Shown piece after piece: positions 50,361 to 60,263 of a DNA stretch of 64,000 bases (positions are counted from its first letter, which is position 1; each line of letters starts with the position of its first letter). The position numbers were made by a program, and so were the translations under genes. The notes beneath the pieces are model-generated. The model had not been told where the DNA came from. It ran no database searches and saw nothing but the letters and a program-made list of their open reading frames with translations. Source of the DNA: Candidatus Bathyarchaeota archaeon (GTDB lineage Archaea; Thermoproteota; Bathyarchaeia; Bathyarchaeales; Bathycorpusculaceae). The stretch is from positions 320,001 to 384,000 of the forward strand of contig CAWHVC010000001.1 in the NCBI GenBank assembly GCA_963832745.1, written 5' to 3'.

Positions 50361-50497
50361 TGGTGGGGCAGAGAGGATTTGAACCTCTGACCAACGGGTA
50401 TCTACAGCTCCAGAACTTCGTCATTCCCCAAAGGGTCAGTACCAAATTCTGTGATACTTCTGGAGCCCGCCGTAATACCGGGCTATACTACTACCCC
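50361..50497 (-). tRNA. tRNA-Trp(CCA) with a 60-nt intron at 37/38 (50400-50459), CCA encoded
   Basis: Acceptor GGGGTAG/CTGCCCC; anticodon arm GCGGG-CTCCAG|A-CCCGT; T-arm AGAGG-TTCAAAT-CCTCT. Confidence 0.95.
50400..50459 (-). ncRNA. Intron-encoded box C/D-like guide RNA (degenerate)
   Basis: D' CTGA, hairpin CCC-TTT-GGG, C' ATGACGA; guide AGTTCTGGAGCT complementary to the anticodon region. Confidence 0.65.
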
Positions 50498-50741
50498 ATA
50501 CCACTACAGTTTTTAATAATTTAGCACTCAGATATTTATACATAACACCATAGCAGATAGAACTTTGAATAGACGTTTTGCCCTCGTTTTCGTTTACCGC
50601 TCTGTTCACCGCATTACCAAAAATTGTTAACTCAATTTTTTGGTAGTTTTTGTTGGGACTCTAACCCTTAGAGTTGCCTTTGAGTTTCTGTTCTTAATGT
50701 TAGGGCTATATCCTTAATCTCCTTCAGTATTTTCAGAGAAT

Positions 50742-51698
50742 ATGGAAGCAAAAAAGATGCCAACAATAGAAGCAGTCAATTTAACCAAAACGTACGGTGC
50801 ATTTACAGCCCTCTCAAATCTAAACCTAAAAATTGGAGGTACAAAATGCGTCGGTTTCCTTGGACCAAACGGTTCAGGAAAAACAACTACATTAAAAATG
50901 TTCACTGATTTAATCAGGCCATCCAAAGGAGAAGCCCTAATTAACGGCGTAAACGTGCATACCCAAAAGAAGAAAGCCCTTGCATCCGTAGGCACACTTA
51001 TTGAAACTCCTGAAATTTATGCTTCACTTACACCCAGAGAAGCGTTAACCATGATTGCTGAGATTCGAGGGGTACCACGTGAAGAAAGAAAACAACAAGT
51101 GGAAGAAGTCGTCGCGGAAGTCCGCATGGAAGAATGGATTGACAAACGTGTAGGCAAATTTTCTAAGGGCATGAAACAGAGAATTTGCATCGCATCGACG
51201 TTACTCAATAACCCTACAATTATCCTTTTAGATGAACCTACAACTGGACTTGACCCCCGCGGAATGAGCGAAGTCAGAGACATCATCAAATCGCTAAAGG
51301 GCAAAAACAGGCTCATCTTCATGAGTTCACACATTCTAAGCGAGGTTTCCGATGTGTGTGATGAGGTTGCTATGATAAATCAGGGTAAACTAATCGTTTA
51401 CGATACTCTGTCTAACGTTACCGCCAAGTTTTCAGGAGGAAACAATGTTGTAGAAGTTGGCCTGCAACATCCAGTAGACAACCAAATCGTAACCAAAACT
51501 ATTGCTGCTTTTCCAAACGTTATTAAAACCGAAAAAATTGACGACAAAAACCTCAAGATTAGTTTCACTGGAGGCTTAGACGTGCAAGAGCAACTGCTCA
51601 GCGAGGTAGTCAAATTGAACATTGGAGTTGTCAGCTACAAAGCTGCTTCATCTGAACTTGAAGAAGTTTATCTTAAACTCATAACCTCAACGCTGTGA
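50742..51698 (+). CDS. ABC-2 type transporter ATP-binding protein
   Basis: GPNGSGKT, FSKGMKQR, LLDEPTTGLDP, SSHIL. Confidence 0.95.
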   Translation: MEAKKMPTIEAVNLTKTYGAFTALSNLNLKIGGTKCVGFLGPNGSGKTTTLKMFTDLIRPSKGEALINGVNVHTQKKKALASVGTLIETPEIYASLTPREALTMIAEIRGVPREERKQQVEEVVAEVRMEEWIDKRVGKFSKGMKQRICIASTLLNNPTIILLDEPTTGLDPRGMSEVRDIIKSLKGKNRLIFMSSHILSEVSDVCDEVAMINQGKLIVYDTLSNVTAKFSGGNNVVEVGLQHPVDNQIVTKTIAAFPNVIKTEKIDDKNLKISFTGGLDVQEQLLSEVVKLNIGVVSYKAASSELEEVYLKLITSTL

Positions 51699-52540
51699 TA
51701 AACATGACCCAAACATTACTTGAAACAAAAAACGCGGTTCCCAGCAGCTTTGCACAAGTCACCATAACCACAAAGTACACGCTTCTTGACTACATAAGGT
51801 CCCGCAGATTCTATATACTGTTAGCAATAACACTTAGCATCAGTGCACTTTTAACGTTCGCAGTTGGATACTACCGCCCTGAAGAATTTCTTGCCTCAGA
51901 CCTAACGTTCTATTCTGGTTGGTGGGGAAACACGGCAACCTTTGTAGTTGTGCTTTCAGCAGTTTTCTTCGGAGGCGACGCAATTTCAGGAGAATTCCAA
52001 AACAAAACCGGCTACTTCGGCGTTCCGAACCCAATCAGACGCTCTTCGATTTACATTGGAAAGTGGCTGTCCGCATTCATTGCGTCCACGGTCATACTGG
52101 GCATATTCACCGGTATAACTGTGGCTAACGGTGCATACTATTTTGGTTCAGTGCCAATAGAGTTCGTTGAATCGGTTCTTTTCTCATGGTTCTATCTTGT
52201 TGCAGTTCTTGGCTTTACGTTCCTGTTCAGTTCACTGTTCAAAAGCAGTTCCTATGCTATCCTTGTCACTGCAATCTTGTTCCTGTTCGCATTCAACATA
52301 ATAGAATTAGTAGTCACACTACTTATACATGTTGAACCTTGGTTCCTACTCAGTTATGGCGCAGGAATAATTGGAAATATACTGACAGTACCTTATCCAG
52401 TTCATGAGGTATCAATACCGCAAAGCGCAATCACTATGTACAGCGTAACTGTTCCAGAAGGACTCACAATCATTGCAGTATACTTTATAATAACCACAAT
52501 ACTTGGCTTAGTGCTGTTCGAAAGAAAAGAGTTCAATTAA
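51695..52540 (+). CDS. ABC-2 type transporter permease
   Basis: 6 TMs; DAISGEFQNKTG...PIRRSSIYIGKW; FERKE. Confidence 0.9.
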   Translation: MINMTQTLLETKNAVPSSFAQVTITTKYTLLDYIRSRRFYILLAITLSISALLTFAVGYYRPEEFLASDLTFYSGWWGNTATFVVVLSAVFFGGDAISGEFQNKTGYFGVPNPIRRSSIYIGKWLSAFIASTVILGIFTGITVANGAYYFGSVPIEFVESVLFSWFYLVAVLGFTFLFSSLFKSSSYAILVTAILFLFAFNIIELVVTLLIHVEPWFLLSYGAGIIGNILTVPYPVHEVSIPQSAITMYSVTVPEGLTIIAVYFIITTILGLVLFERKEFN

Positions 52541-52552
52541 GTAAAAGTGGCG

Positions 52553-52582
52553 CCGGTCGGTTCAAATCCCGACGACCCACCC
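52553..52582 (+). other. tRNA 3'-half-like fragment
   Basis: GTCGGTTCAAATCCCGACGACCCACC: T-arm plus degenerate acceptor strand with no 5' half. Confidence 0.5.
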
Positions 52583-52640
52583 CTAAATTTTAGCCAAAAG
52601 CGGTTTCCAAAGAAACGCATATTGCCGTTTTTTTCAGCCG

Positions 52641-53594
52641 TTAAGGACAATCATCTTTTTTTGCAACCTTTTCCATTTGCTCCAAAATCAATCGCACTTT
52701 TTTGAGCTGTGTAGCCCTGAAGCCGCAATCGGGGCATAAATATTGGATATTTTCTTTGTTCACTGTTTTCACGATTCGATTATATCGCTCGATGATTGTT
52801 GCTTCATCTTCGACAATATTGTTTGAGATGAATCCTGCTGCAAGCTTGATGCCATGCTCTTCCAGCGTCTCTTTTGAGAATACCTCAAAATTCTCTTTTT
52901 CTAAATCTCCGCTAAATCCTACGCTCAAGATTGGAACTCCCAAACCCAAAAGAGTTTCATAAAGGTTAGAAACGCTTTTGATTGACCCGCAAACATGACA
53001 AAGCACTTTTTCTTCTTTAATTGCTGAGGATGGAAGCTGTGAAACAAAAGTTTTTAGAATCTTTTGTGCGGTGTCAAGAGGTATTTGCCCTGTTGAAAGT
53101 AAGGGTTCATCAATCTGCAGGAAAGCTCCAAGTTCAAGCAACCGCTGTGCTAATGGCAAGAGTGCTTGGGCGAAGTCAGAATATAACGTTTCAATATTAT
53201 CTAAACTGTAATGCTCCTCTGTGCTGTTGATGTCTGCTGAGGCGCAGATTGTACCTAAAGTCATTGGACCCGTTATGGAGATTTTGACTTTCGCTTCTTT
53301 ATTCGTGTCTTTTAAGATTGATTGCACGGTTTTGTAGTCTTGTATTTTGTAGAATTCGTCCAACTTGCTTTGTTCCAACGGCTTAATTTTTCCAGCAATT
53401 CTTAAGCCATCACCAAAGCGTTCTAAACCTTTCAGTTGCTCAAAATATTGAATCATGTTGCTTCGCTGTTCGCCATCCGAAACCAAATCAACGCCATAAT
53501 GCAATTGCAGGTCAACGACTTCTCTGATTGCATCTTCAAGACGCTTACCAGGAAAAGGCGGAAAACTCCCGACAACGGTTGTTTCAATTGCCAT
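52641..53594 (-). CDS. Cobalamin-independent methionine synthase, single-domain core type
   Basis: TTVVGSFP, SDGEQR, ITGPMT, LQIDEP, HVCG, PDCG zinc ligands. Confidence 0.85.
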   Translation of the reverse strand: MAIETTVVGSFPPFPGKRLEDAIREVVDLQLHYGVDLVSDGEQRSNMIQYFEQLKGLERFGDGLRIAGKIKPLEQSKLDEFYKIQDYKTVQSILKDTNKEAKVKISITGPMTLGTICASADINSTEEHYSLDNIETLYSDFAQALLPLAQRLLELGAFLQIDEPLLSTGQIPLDTAQKILKTFVSQLPSSAIKEEKVLCHVCGSIKSVSNLYETLLGLGVPILSVGFSGDLEKENFEVFSKETLEEHGIKLAAGFISNNIVEDEATIIERYNRIVKTVNKENIQYLCPDCGFRATQLKKVRLILEQMEKVAKKDDCP

Positions 53595-53619
53595 ATTTGT
53601 ATTTAGGCAAGTTAATTAT

Positions 53620-53895
53620 TTAGGGCTTTCTTGAACGCAGTTTAACCGATAAAATAGCAGTAGCCAGAATCAAGCCAACAGCAATAGCAGCAATTAGCAC
53701 CGTCAAGTTTTGGGAAAGAAAATCGTGGGTTGGTTCATCCCGCATCTGTTATGCTTGTGAAATCTGCGCCTCCATGGCAATCAACAATCCAAGTCTTTGA
53801 AGAATCAGCAACACTGAAATTAACAAAATTAAACCAGATATAATTAAGCAGGTTGAAAGAACTAACGCAAATATTAAGCAGGCGTTTTTTCGCAT
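53620..53895 (-). pseudogene. Remnant of a NosD/beta-helix-type surface protein (N- and C-termini only)
   Basis: Signal peptide MRKNACLIFALVLS..., then WIVDCHGGADFTSITDA, then directly a C-terminal TM + KLRSRKP; frames broken. Confidence 0.6.
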
Positions 53896-54163
53896 AGGAC
53901 AACATACGGTAAAACGAGTGATTTTAATATAAAACTTGCTTAATTTATCCTAAATACAGGCTAATGTTTGAAAAAATCAATTCATATTTGAATAAAAATT
54001 CTATTCGACATATTAAGGAAAAACATTTTGGCCGCTGTTTTCTGGAAAAGGAATTTGATTGACTTTTTAGAAACGGCAAAATAGCTTTTGGATGATCTTC
54101 ATTAGCACTTGAAGCAAACATTCATACGTCTTTGGGGCGAATTCTTTTTTGAGGAAATTCTGG

Positions 54164-54499
54164 ATGGCGTTTGTAAGGGAAAGAAAAAAGGAAGTTGACA
54201 TTGATTTTCCAGTTGAAGCTATTTGGCAGGCTTTGCCTAAAGCGGTGGATGAGTTTGATTGGGAAATAAAAGAAAAAGACGAAATTGCCCACCGTTTAAC
54301 CGTTAAAACTTCTGGGACACTCTACTCTTACGGTTCAACACTTAAGGTGGAACTAAAACAGTTAAGCGGTAACACAACCCGTATGACCGTTTACGGCGAA
54401 ACCCCTGTAACAACAATAACGTCTACATTGCAGTTTGGCCAAACAATCGACGTTATTGACGATTTCGTATTGGCACTGGCAGAAGTAATGAACCGTTAA
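54164..54499 (+). CDS. Hypothetical protein
   Basis: SD GAGGA; 111-aa alpha/beta ORF. Confidence 0.7.
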   Translation: MAFVRERKKEVDIDFPVEAIWQALPKAVDEFDWEIKEKDEIAHRLTVKTSGTLYSYGSTLKVELKQLSGNTTRMTVYGETPVTTITSTLQFGQTIDVIDDFVLALAEVMNR

Positions 54500-54653
54500 C
54501 AGCAGCTTTCGAATTGTGGTTGCATTTGTGTTTCCACATACTGCTATATGCCGCTTTTTGACTCAAAATACGGTGGCGATATTTTTGGCCGTAGAAAATA
54601 TTGAAATGGAAAATGTAGCAGTAATCGAAGCAGGTGAGAAAGCACATCGAACA

Positions 54654-55076
54654 ATGGGTCCAGTTGATTATATTTTGGTGCGGTTTCCTGGCAACAAGTT
54701 TAATGGAAAAATCATTCCCGAACTCATGCGTTTAGAAAAGAACGGAATCGTCCGCGTTATCGACTTAGTTTTGGTAGTAAAGGATTCAAATGGAAAAGTT
54801 TTCATTACCGAAGCCAAAGACCTCAAAGGAGAAGCAGCAACCGCGTACTCTGAAATTGCCCAAAACACTCGGGAATGGTTCTATGAAGGCGACATAAACG
54901 CTCTTGCAGATAACTTACCAAACGACAGTTCCGCAGCGTTATTGCTGTTTGAAAACATCTGGGCTATCAAATTCAAAGAAGCACTCATTAATTCTGAAGC
55001 TGAACTAATTGACATGGGTAGGATTCCACCTAATGTAATCGAAAAAGTACAAGACTTAATGGAAGGAGGCACTTAG
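54654..55076 (+). CDS. DUF1269/DUF6325-like protein
   Basis: MGPVDYILVRFPGNKFNGKI...GIVRVIDL...SSAALLLFENIWA...GRIP. Confidence 0.8.
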   Translation: MGPVDYILVRFPGNKFNGKIIPELMRLEKNGIVRVIDLVLVVKDSNGKVFITEAKDLKGEAATAYSEIAQNTREWFYEGDINALADNLPNDSSAALLLFENIWAIKFKEALINSEAELIDMGRIPPNVIEKVQDLMEGGT

Positions 55077-55078
55077 CT

Positions 55079-55351
55079 TTGAGAGGAAGAGGCATAATGC
55101 TTGTAGCGGGGATGCGTGCGGGAGAACGTAAGGCAGAAGCGTCACAACAACAGCAACAGGCGCAGCAAAAAGCACAGGCTCAGGCGTATCAGGAAGGGCA
55201 GAAGTCTGCTCAGGCACAATCGGTAGCGGCACCAGCGGTTGCTCCACCGAAAGACACCACTACCGAATTGATGAAACTTGCTGATCTGCACAAGTCCGGT
55301 GCATTAACTGATGCAGAGTTTGAAGCAGCAAAAAAGAAGTTGTTAAGTTAA
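55079..55351 (+). CDS. SHOCT-domain protein
   Basis: Gln/Ala-rich linker; ELMKLADLHKSGALTDAEFEAAKKKLL; SD GGAGG. Confidence 0.88.
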   Translation: MRGRGIMLVAGMRAGERKAEASQQQQQAQQKAQAQAYQEGQKSAQAQSVAAPAVAPPKDTTTELMKLADLHKSGALTDAEFEAAKKKLLS

Positions 55352-55378
55352 TCTTCAAACAAACTTTTTCTTCTTTTT

Positions 55379-55714
55379 TTAGACAATTTTGATATGGATT
55401 TTTTGATTTTCTATTTTTACAAGGTATGCCGTTAAATTGGGTAGTTTTGGGCTGTATGGATTGACCTGTGGGGGTGCTATGCATCTTCCGGTGGTTACAT
55501 CAAATTTTGCTTGATGCCGTGGACAAGTTAGAACTGTGCCTTCAAGTTTGCCCATTGAAAGGTCTCCTCCCAAATGTGGACAGGTATTATCGATTGCAGA
55601 GATGTTGCCTTCAATATTAGAGATAAGGATATCTCTGTTTTGCAAGGTTACTTTTTTTAAGGTTCCATTGGGCATTTCTGAAACATCTATAACTGGTATG
55701 TAGCCTGACTCCAA
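55379..55714 (-). CDS. Rieske [2Fe-2S] ferredoxin
   Basis: CPHLGG...CPRHQAKFDVTTG. Confidence 0.92.
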   Translation of the reverse strand: MESGYIPVIDVSEMPNGTLKKVTLQNRDILISNIEGNISAIDNTCPHLGGDLSMGKLEGTVLTCPRHQAKFDVTTGRCIAPPQVNPYSPKLPNLTAYLVKIENQKIHIKIV

Positions 55715-55772
55715 AAAGTTTGCCTCAACCTTAAGTTAAGATTAAGAGCTTTAAAGGCATTGCTTGCCTTGA

Positions 55773-56345
55773 TTAACGAGGGATTTTTTTGTGATACACC
55801 GAAAACACAAGTAGACAATTCATAACTGTCAAGTACACAGGAAAAGCAAGTGCGCTAAAATTCCAAATCGTGGCAGCGGCGAAGCTTGTTAAGGGACTAA
55901 AGATGCCGATAAGGTAAGGCCAGGCGGATTCGGTTTGCGGGTTTGTCCAAGCTTTTGCCAAAGTCGGAAAGGCAGCGAAAGCATCACCTGCAATAGCTAA
56001 CCCGATGGCTAAGTTAGGTTCTTGTGTGATGTACCAAAGCACGAGTGCCAATCCTGAGAGGACACCGCATAGGTAATCAACTCGTGAAAGTTTCCAGTAA
56101 GCCTTTCTAGTTAAAAAAGAAGCTATGAAAATCAGTAAGGGGCAAAAACCTGCCATGAACACTGGCAGCACAGCCAATTCAACGCCGTTGGAGATTGCAG
56201 CGGCTGTAGCTATGAGGGGCGCGACTGACCACATTAGCCAGGTTACCCTGTTAGGCAGTGTGTCACCTTTGAACATTGACCGTATGTAGGCAACTGCTGC
56301 AACTAGTGAAGCGAAGGCTGCAACGTAGACAAGATACTCTAGCAT
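55773..56345 (-). CDS. Polytopic membrane protein (PQ-loop-like)
   Basis: YIRSMFKGDTLPNRVTW...PTLAKAWTNPQTE internal repeat. Confidence 0.7.
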   Translation of the reverse strand: MLEYLVYVAAFASLVAAVAYIRSMFKGDTLPNRVTWLMWSVAPLIATAAAISNGVELAVLPVFMAGFCPLLIFIASFLTRKAYWKLSRVDYLCGVLSGLALVLWYITQEPNLAIGLAIAGDAFAAFPTLAKAWTNPQTESAWPYLIGIFSPLTSFAAATIWNFSALAFPVYLTVMNCLLVFSVYHKKIPR

Positions 56346-56404
56346 AATGCGTGATGTATGTTTTCTGGTATTTTAACAATTCAAAAATTTACTTTTTTGG
56401 CGGA

Positions 56405-56923
56405 TTATTCGCCTTTTTTCTCTTCTATTGTCAGCACCTGGCGGGGGCTGTAGCCTTTTTTACTTAATGACATGTCAATTAACTCTATTTTAGATGGGTC
56501 AATTCGCATTAACGAAAGTTGTTGAGGGAAATCTTGCAGGTTAAATTGTTTGGCGGTTTTTTCCCACTGGTAATCTTCCAAGCCTTCCTTAAATTTTTCA
56601 GTATTTCTTGGGAGTATTGTTGCTTTTCCAGTAATTTGAGCTCCTTTGGCGCTATCCCACCCTGTGTACGGCAAGTAAATGCCTACGCTAACATTTTGGT
56701 TGTTGGCTAAATTTTTGATTTTCATACCTGGCTCGCCCGCAAAATAAAGGGTAATTCCTTTGCAGTGGTATTCAATAGGAGTTGCCCGTGGCATGTTGTC
56801 ATAACAAGTTGCCAAAACACACATGTTGTTTTCAGAAAGAAATTGTTTAACATGTTCTTCTAACTCTTGAGGTGCCATAACCTTAGTTGGCTGGTTTCTA
56901 AAAGACATAACTGTATCCTCCAA
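56405..56923 (-). CDS. Pyridoxamine 5'-phosphate oxidase-like protein
   Basis: CVLATC...PRATPIEY...KIKNLANNQNVSV...GAQITG. Confidence 0.85.
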   Translation of the reverse strand: MEDTVMSFRNQPTKVMAPQELEEHVKQFLSENNMCVLATCYDNMPRATPIEYHCKGITLYFAGEPGMKIKNLANNQNVSVGIYLPYTGWDSAKGAQITGKATILPRNTEKFKEGLEDYQWEKTAKQFNLQDFPQQLSLMRIDPSKIELIDMSLSKKGYSPRQVLTIEEKKGE

Positions 56924-57034
56924 TAATCAAGTATTTTTAGAAGATTAAATCTTATTGGGCCTGAAGAATAACTCTACCGCGGTGGGGCAATGCATAATAG
57001 TTTAGTTTTGGAATAATGGTTTAAGCGATGACTC

Positions 57035-57814
57035 TTGGTGCTGCAAAGTTCACGGACTGCATGGTTAAAACGTAAAGCTCCAAAGTTGATTGTTGCGGCA
57101 GTAATCATCATTGTTGTCGGCTACTTCTTGTTTGAAATACTCGAAGACGTCCTTGTTGAGGGTTCAACACTGACAAGCGAGCCAGTAATCGGAGCAATAA
57201 TCTCTTTTACCCGTGACGTTACCGCCACTATTTCCTCATGGGGTTACGTGGGACTTTTTCTTTTGATGCTGCTGGAATCAAGCTCTTTTCCTATACCCAG
57301 CGAAGTCATTTTGCCCTTTGCAGGTTATCTTGTTTCAACAACCAAACTGGATTTAGGTTTAACGATACTTTTCGCCACAGTCGCTGGCGTCTGCGGTTCA
57401 CTAATTGACTACTACATTGGCCGAAAAGGCGTAAACATGCTGGCAAAATACAAGCTATTAGGGCACGTTGTTTTTTCGCCTGACCAACTTGCGACAGCAG
57501 CAAAATGGTTTGGCAAGTACGGAGCCGCAATGGTTTTTCTTGGGCGACTGGTTCCGGGGATCAGGACATTTATTTCGTTTCCAGCTGGAGCTGTCAAAAT
57601 GTCAGTTACAAAGTTTGTTATTTACACGGCGGCTGGTTGCTTAATTTGGAATTCAATACTGGTTTATGTGGGTTACTATTTGGGCAGCAATTGGGCGCAA
57701 GTTGCAGGGGTCTCACATTACCTTATTTTAGGAGTTATCGCTGTAATAGCAGGTGTTGTAGTGTACTGGCTATTAAGGCGAAGGCGTATAAAGAAAACAA
57801 AACAGGCAATTTAG
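57035..57814 (+). CDS. dedA: DedA family membrane protein
   Basis: LESSSFPIPSEVILPFAG, YYIGRKG, WFGKYG...GRLVPGIRTFISFPAG. Confidence 0.92.
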   Translation: MVLQSSRTAWLKRKAPKLIVAAVIIIVVGYFLFEILEDVLVEGSTLTSEPVIGAIISFTRDVTATISSWGYVGLFLLMLLESSSFPIPSEVILPFAGYLVSTTKLDLGLTILFATVAGVCGSLIDYYIGRKGVNMLAKYKLLGHVVFSPDQLATAAKWFGKYGAAMVFLGRLVPGIRTFISFPAGAVKMSVTKFVIYTAAGCLIWNSILVYVGYYLGSNWAQVAGVSHYLILGVIAVIAGVVVYWLLRRRRIKKTKQAI

Positions 57815-57824
57815 CTTGTAATGT

Positions 57825-58082
57825 TTAGTATTTTTTACCTTGAGAAAGTTTTTCAAGTATGATTTTTACGTCTGCATCGTTATCTGCTAAAATGTTGACC
57901 CATAACTCAAATTCTGCTTTTGAGATTTCTTTTTGCAAATTGCCGTTTTGGTCTGCAGAAAAGTATTTCGCGGCGCCTGCTGGGGAAGACAGCAGCCTAA
58001 CGTAGAATATTCGGTCGTCAAGTACTATTTTAGAGGAGCAGCTTTCGCTTTCTGCAGAGTCATAATCGATTTCATACGCCAT
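57825..58082 (-). CDS. Hypothetical protein
   Basis: 85-aa ORF from ATG 58082. Confidence 0.6.
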   Translation of the reverse strand: MAYEIDYDSAESESCSSKIVLDDRIFYVRLLSSPAGAAKYFSADQNGNLQKEISKAEFELWVNILADNDADVKIILEKLSQGKKY

Positions 58083-58367
58083 AATGGTGCCCTTAAGAAA
58101 CAGGTTGCCACCCAAATTTACTTAAACTTTACCCTAAACAAACATTCAAACCCCTCTATGCAGTAAAAAGGAATATTTTGATTTTTACAAATCTCTTAGC
58201 ATAAAAAATCAGTATGCACTTTAAAACTAAAAAAGCTACAAACAAAACAAGCGGGCTTCACCACAAAAACATTTTTTTCAAAATTCTTGTTAGAATTTCC
58301 TCTTCAATATAGTGAAGCTTCGCTACTTAACTCGAGAGGAAGATACTTTGGGCGGCTTGAAACTTTA

Positions 58368-58535
58368 CTATGTGGCTTTTTGACTGTGCAGGGTGGCTGC
58401 TGCCGCTAAACTGTTTTTGTTAACATTTCGTTTATCTGATTTTTCGCCGTAAAAGCAGAGGAGCCATCCGCAAAACCAAATTGCAATGGCAAATGGAAAG
58501 AAGGCTATCTTTAACATTTTTTTGGTGGACGCCAT
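58368..58535 (-). CDS. Small single-TM protein (55 aa)
   Basis: MASTKKMLKIAFFPFAIAIWFCGWLLCFYGEK...; AGGTAAG upstream; below the ORF-track cutoff. Confidence 0.5.
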   Translation of the reverse strand: MASTKKMLKIAFFPFAIAIWFCGWLLCFYGEKSDKRNVNKNSLAAAATLHSQKAT

Positions 58536-58628
58536 TTTGCTCGCTTACCTAATATGCATGTTATTTGAAGATAAGCTTTGCGAAAAAAGGACAAGTTAGT
58601 GTTTATCGATAAAAAAAGCATACGAAAG

Positions 58629-60263
58629 TTAGTTATCCCATTTTAAACCTAATATTTTTAGTTTTTTCCTGATAGATTTTGAGCGTTTAATGAAAAGGTA
58701 GCCTGATGCAAGAATAATAATTGATGACGCAATGGCAGTTGCAACCCAAAAAGTGGGAAACGTGGCTATAACAAAAGATACCTCAGAGGATGAACCAGAG
58801 TTTCCAAGCTTATCAACTGCATACACGATTATGCTGTGACTTCCATCAGGCAACGCTGGCAAGGTAATGTTTCCCGTGATGGACGTTGAAGATTGCCCAT
58901 CCAAACTGTAAGTTAACTGAGTCGCGGGCTCGTCAAGTACAAAAGTTAATGGCACATCTGCTGAACTGTATGTTTCTTCCAACGGCATTAATACAGTGAT
59001 GTTTGGCGCAGTGTTATCAATGGTAAAGTAAACCGGTTGTGAAGCACCCATATTACCCAAAGTGTCATTAGCAAAAACCATTATGACGTGTTGACCATCA
59101 GGAATATCTGTAATTTCAGGAGTTCCAGTTAAAGTAACGTTTAGATTGTTATCTAAAGAGTATCCGACCCAAGAAACAGCTTTGCTAATTTTGCACTCAA
59201 TTTTTACGTTTTTGTAAGTAATATTTTCTGGACTTATAATCTCAATAGTGGGCGCAATTTTTCCGTATCCCACTGGTTTGAATTCTTCATTGCTGTTTAA
59301 CCAGTTTGCTCCATCAAAACCGCCAACTGCATAGACAACATCGTTTACAATTGCCAAACCCAAATAAGCTCGTGCGGATGACATTTTTGGGCCTTCACTC
59401 CAAGAGTTATTTTCAATATCATAAATCTGGGTTTTATCACTAAAAGTTCCCGCAGAATAGCCACCGATATAGTAAATTTTCGTTGGCGCCATAACACCCG
59501 AAGTAACAACAGTCGCACCATAACTGGAAGGGTAGTTTAATGGTTTGCCAGTTGTCCAAGTATCTGTTTGAGTGTCATAGATTTGAACAGCGTTAGTTGA
59601 TGAATCAACCCCTGATACTGATTGTTTTGTTCCACCTATCATGTAAATTTTTGTGTCGATAACAATTGAAGCGCAACCTTGAAGCGCAGTGGGCATTGAA
59701 ACATTTGTGGACCACGTATTAGTTGCAATGTCGTAAACTTGGTTAATGTTTGTCTGATTATAGTAAGGTGAAATACTTGAGTAAGTTTTTCCGCCGATAA
59801 GATAAATTTTGCCGTTAACAACATTCGCTGACAAATCAGCTCTTGGAGTAGGCATAGAAGCCACGGTTTGCCAAGTATTGCTAACGGGGTTATAAACTTC
59901 TACGTTACCCGTGAAGCTGTCACCAACTGAACCACCGATAACATAAATTTTGTTCTCATAGGTTGTTATGGCAAATCCTGTTCGGGCAGTTGGCATAGGC
60001 GTTTTAGTGTACCACATGTTCGTTGCTGGGTCATACATTTCATTTAACGCAAGTTCACCATTACTGCTTGAACCACCTATTGCATAAACTTTGCCTGATA
60101 CTACCGCTAAGCCTAATCCGCCACGGCTTGTCGGCATAGCCGCTAAACTTGTCCATGAAGACTCTGTTTCTGTGTCCGCGGCTTGGAGGGTTTTGAGTGG
60201 CAGGACTGTTAAAACTATAGAAATGGCAAGTAGCAGGATTAAGGCTTGGATATGCTTGCTCGT
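58629..60263 (-). CDS. Secreted Kelch-repeat + Ig-like surface protein with C-terminal TM, probable ACG start
   Basis: Six MPT.R...Y.IGG Kelch repeats; the in-frame upstream extension encodes signal peptide (M)SKHIQALILLLAISIVL, 6 nt after GAGGT. Confidence 0.85.
   Translation of the reverse strand, partial: TSKHIQALILLLAISIVLTVLPLKTLQAADTETESSWTSLAAMPTSRGGLGLAVVSGKVYAIGGSSSNGELALNEMYDPATNMWYTKTPMPTARTGFAITTYENKIYVIGGSVGDSFTGNVEVYNPVSNTWQTVASMPTPRADLSANVVNGKIYLIGGKTYSSISPYYNQTNINQVYDIATNTWSTNVSMPTALQGCASIVIDTKIYMIGGTKQSVSGVDSSTNAVQIYDTQTDTWTTGKPLNYPSSYGATVVTSGVMAPTKIYYIGGYSAGTFSDKTQIYDIENNSWSEGPKMSSARAYLGLAIVNDVVYAVGGFDGANWLNSNEEFKPVGYGKIAPTIEIISPENITYKNVKIECKISKAVSWVGYSLDNNLNVTLTGTPEITDIPDGQHVIMVFANDTLGNMGASQPVYFTIDNTAPNITVLMPLEETYSSADVPLTFVLDEPATQLTYSLDGQSSTSITGNITLPALPDGSHSIIVYAVDKLGNSGSSSEVSFVIATFPTFWVATAIASSIIILASGYLFIKRSKSIRKKLKILGLKWDN

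Noticed and set aside
58148-58162. AACCCCTCTATGC (and ACACCCCTTACAGGG at ~46001) as extra copies of the G-string repeat
   Set aside because: Only 8-9 nt match, with no CTATT head or downstream similarity.
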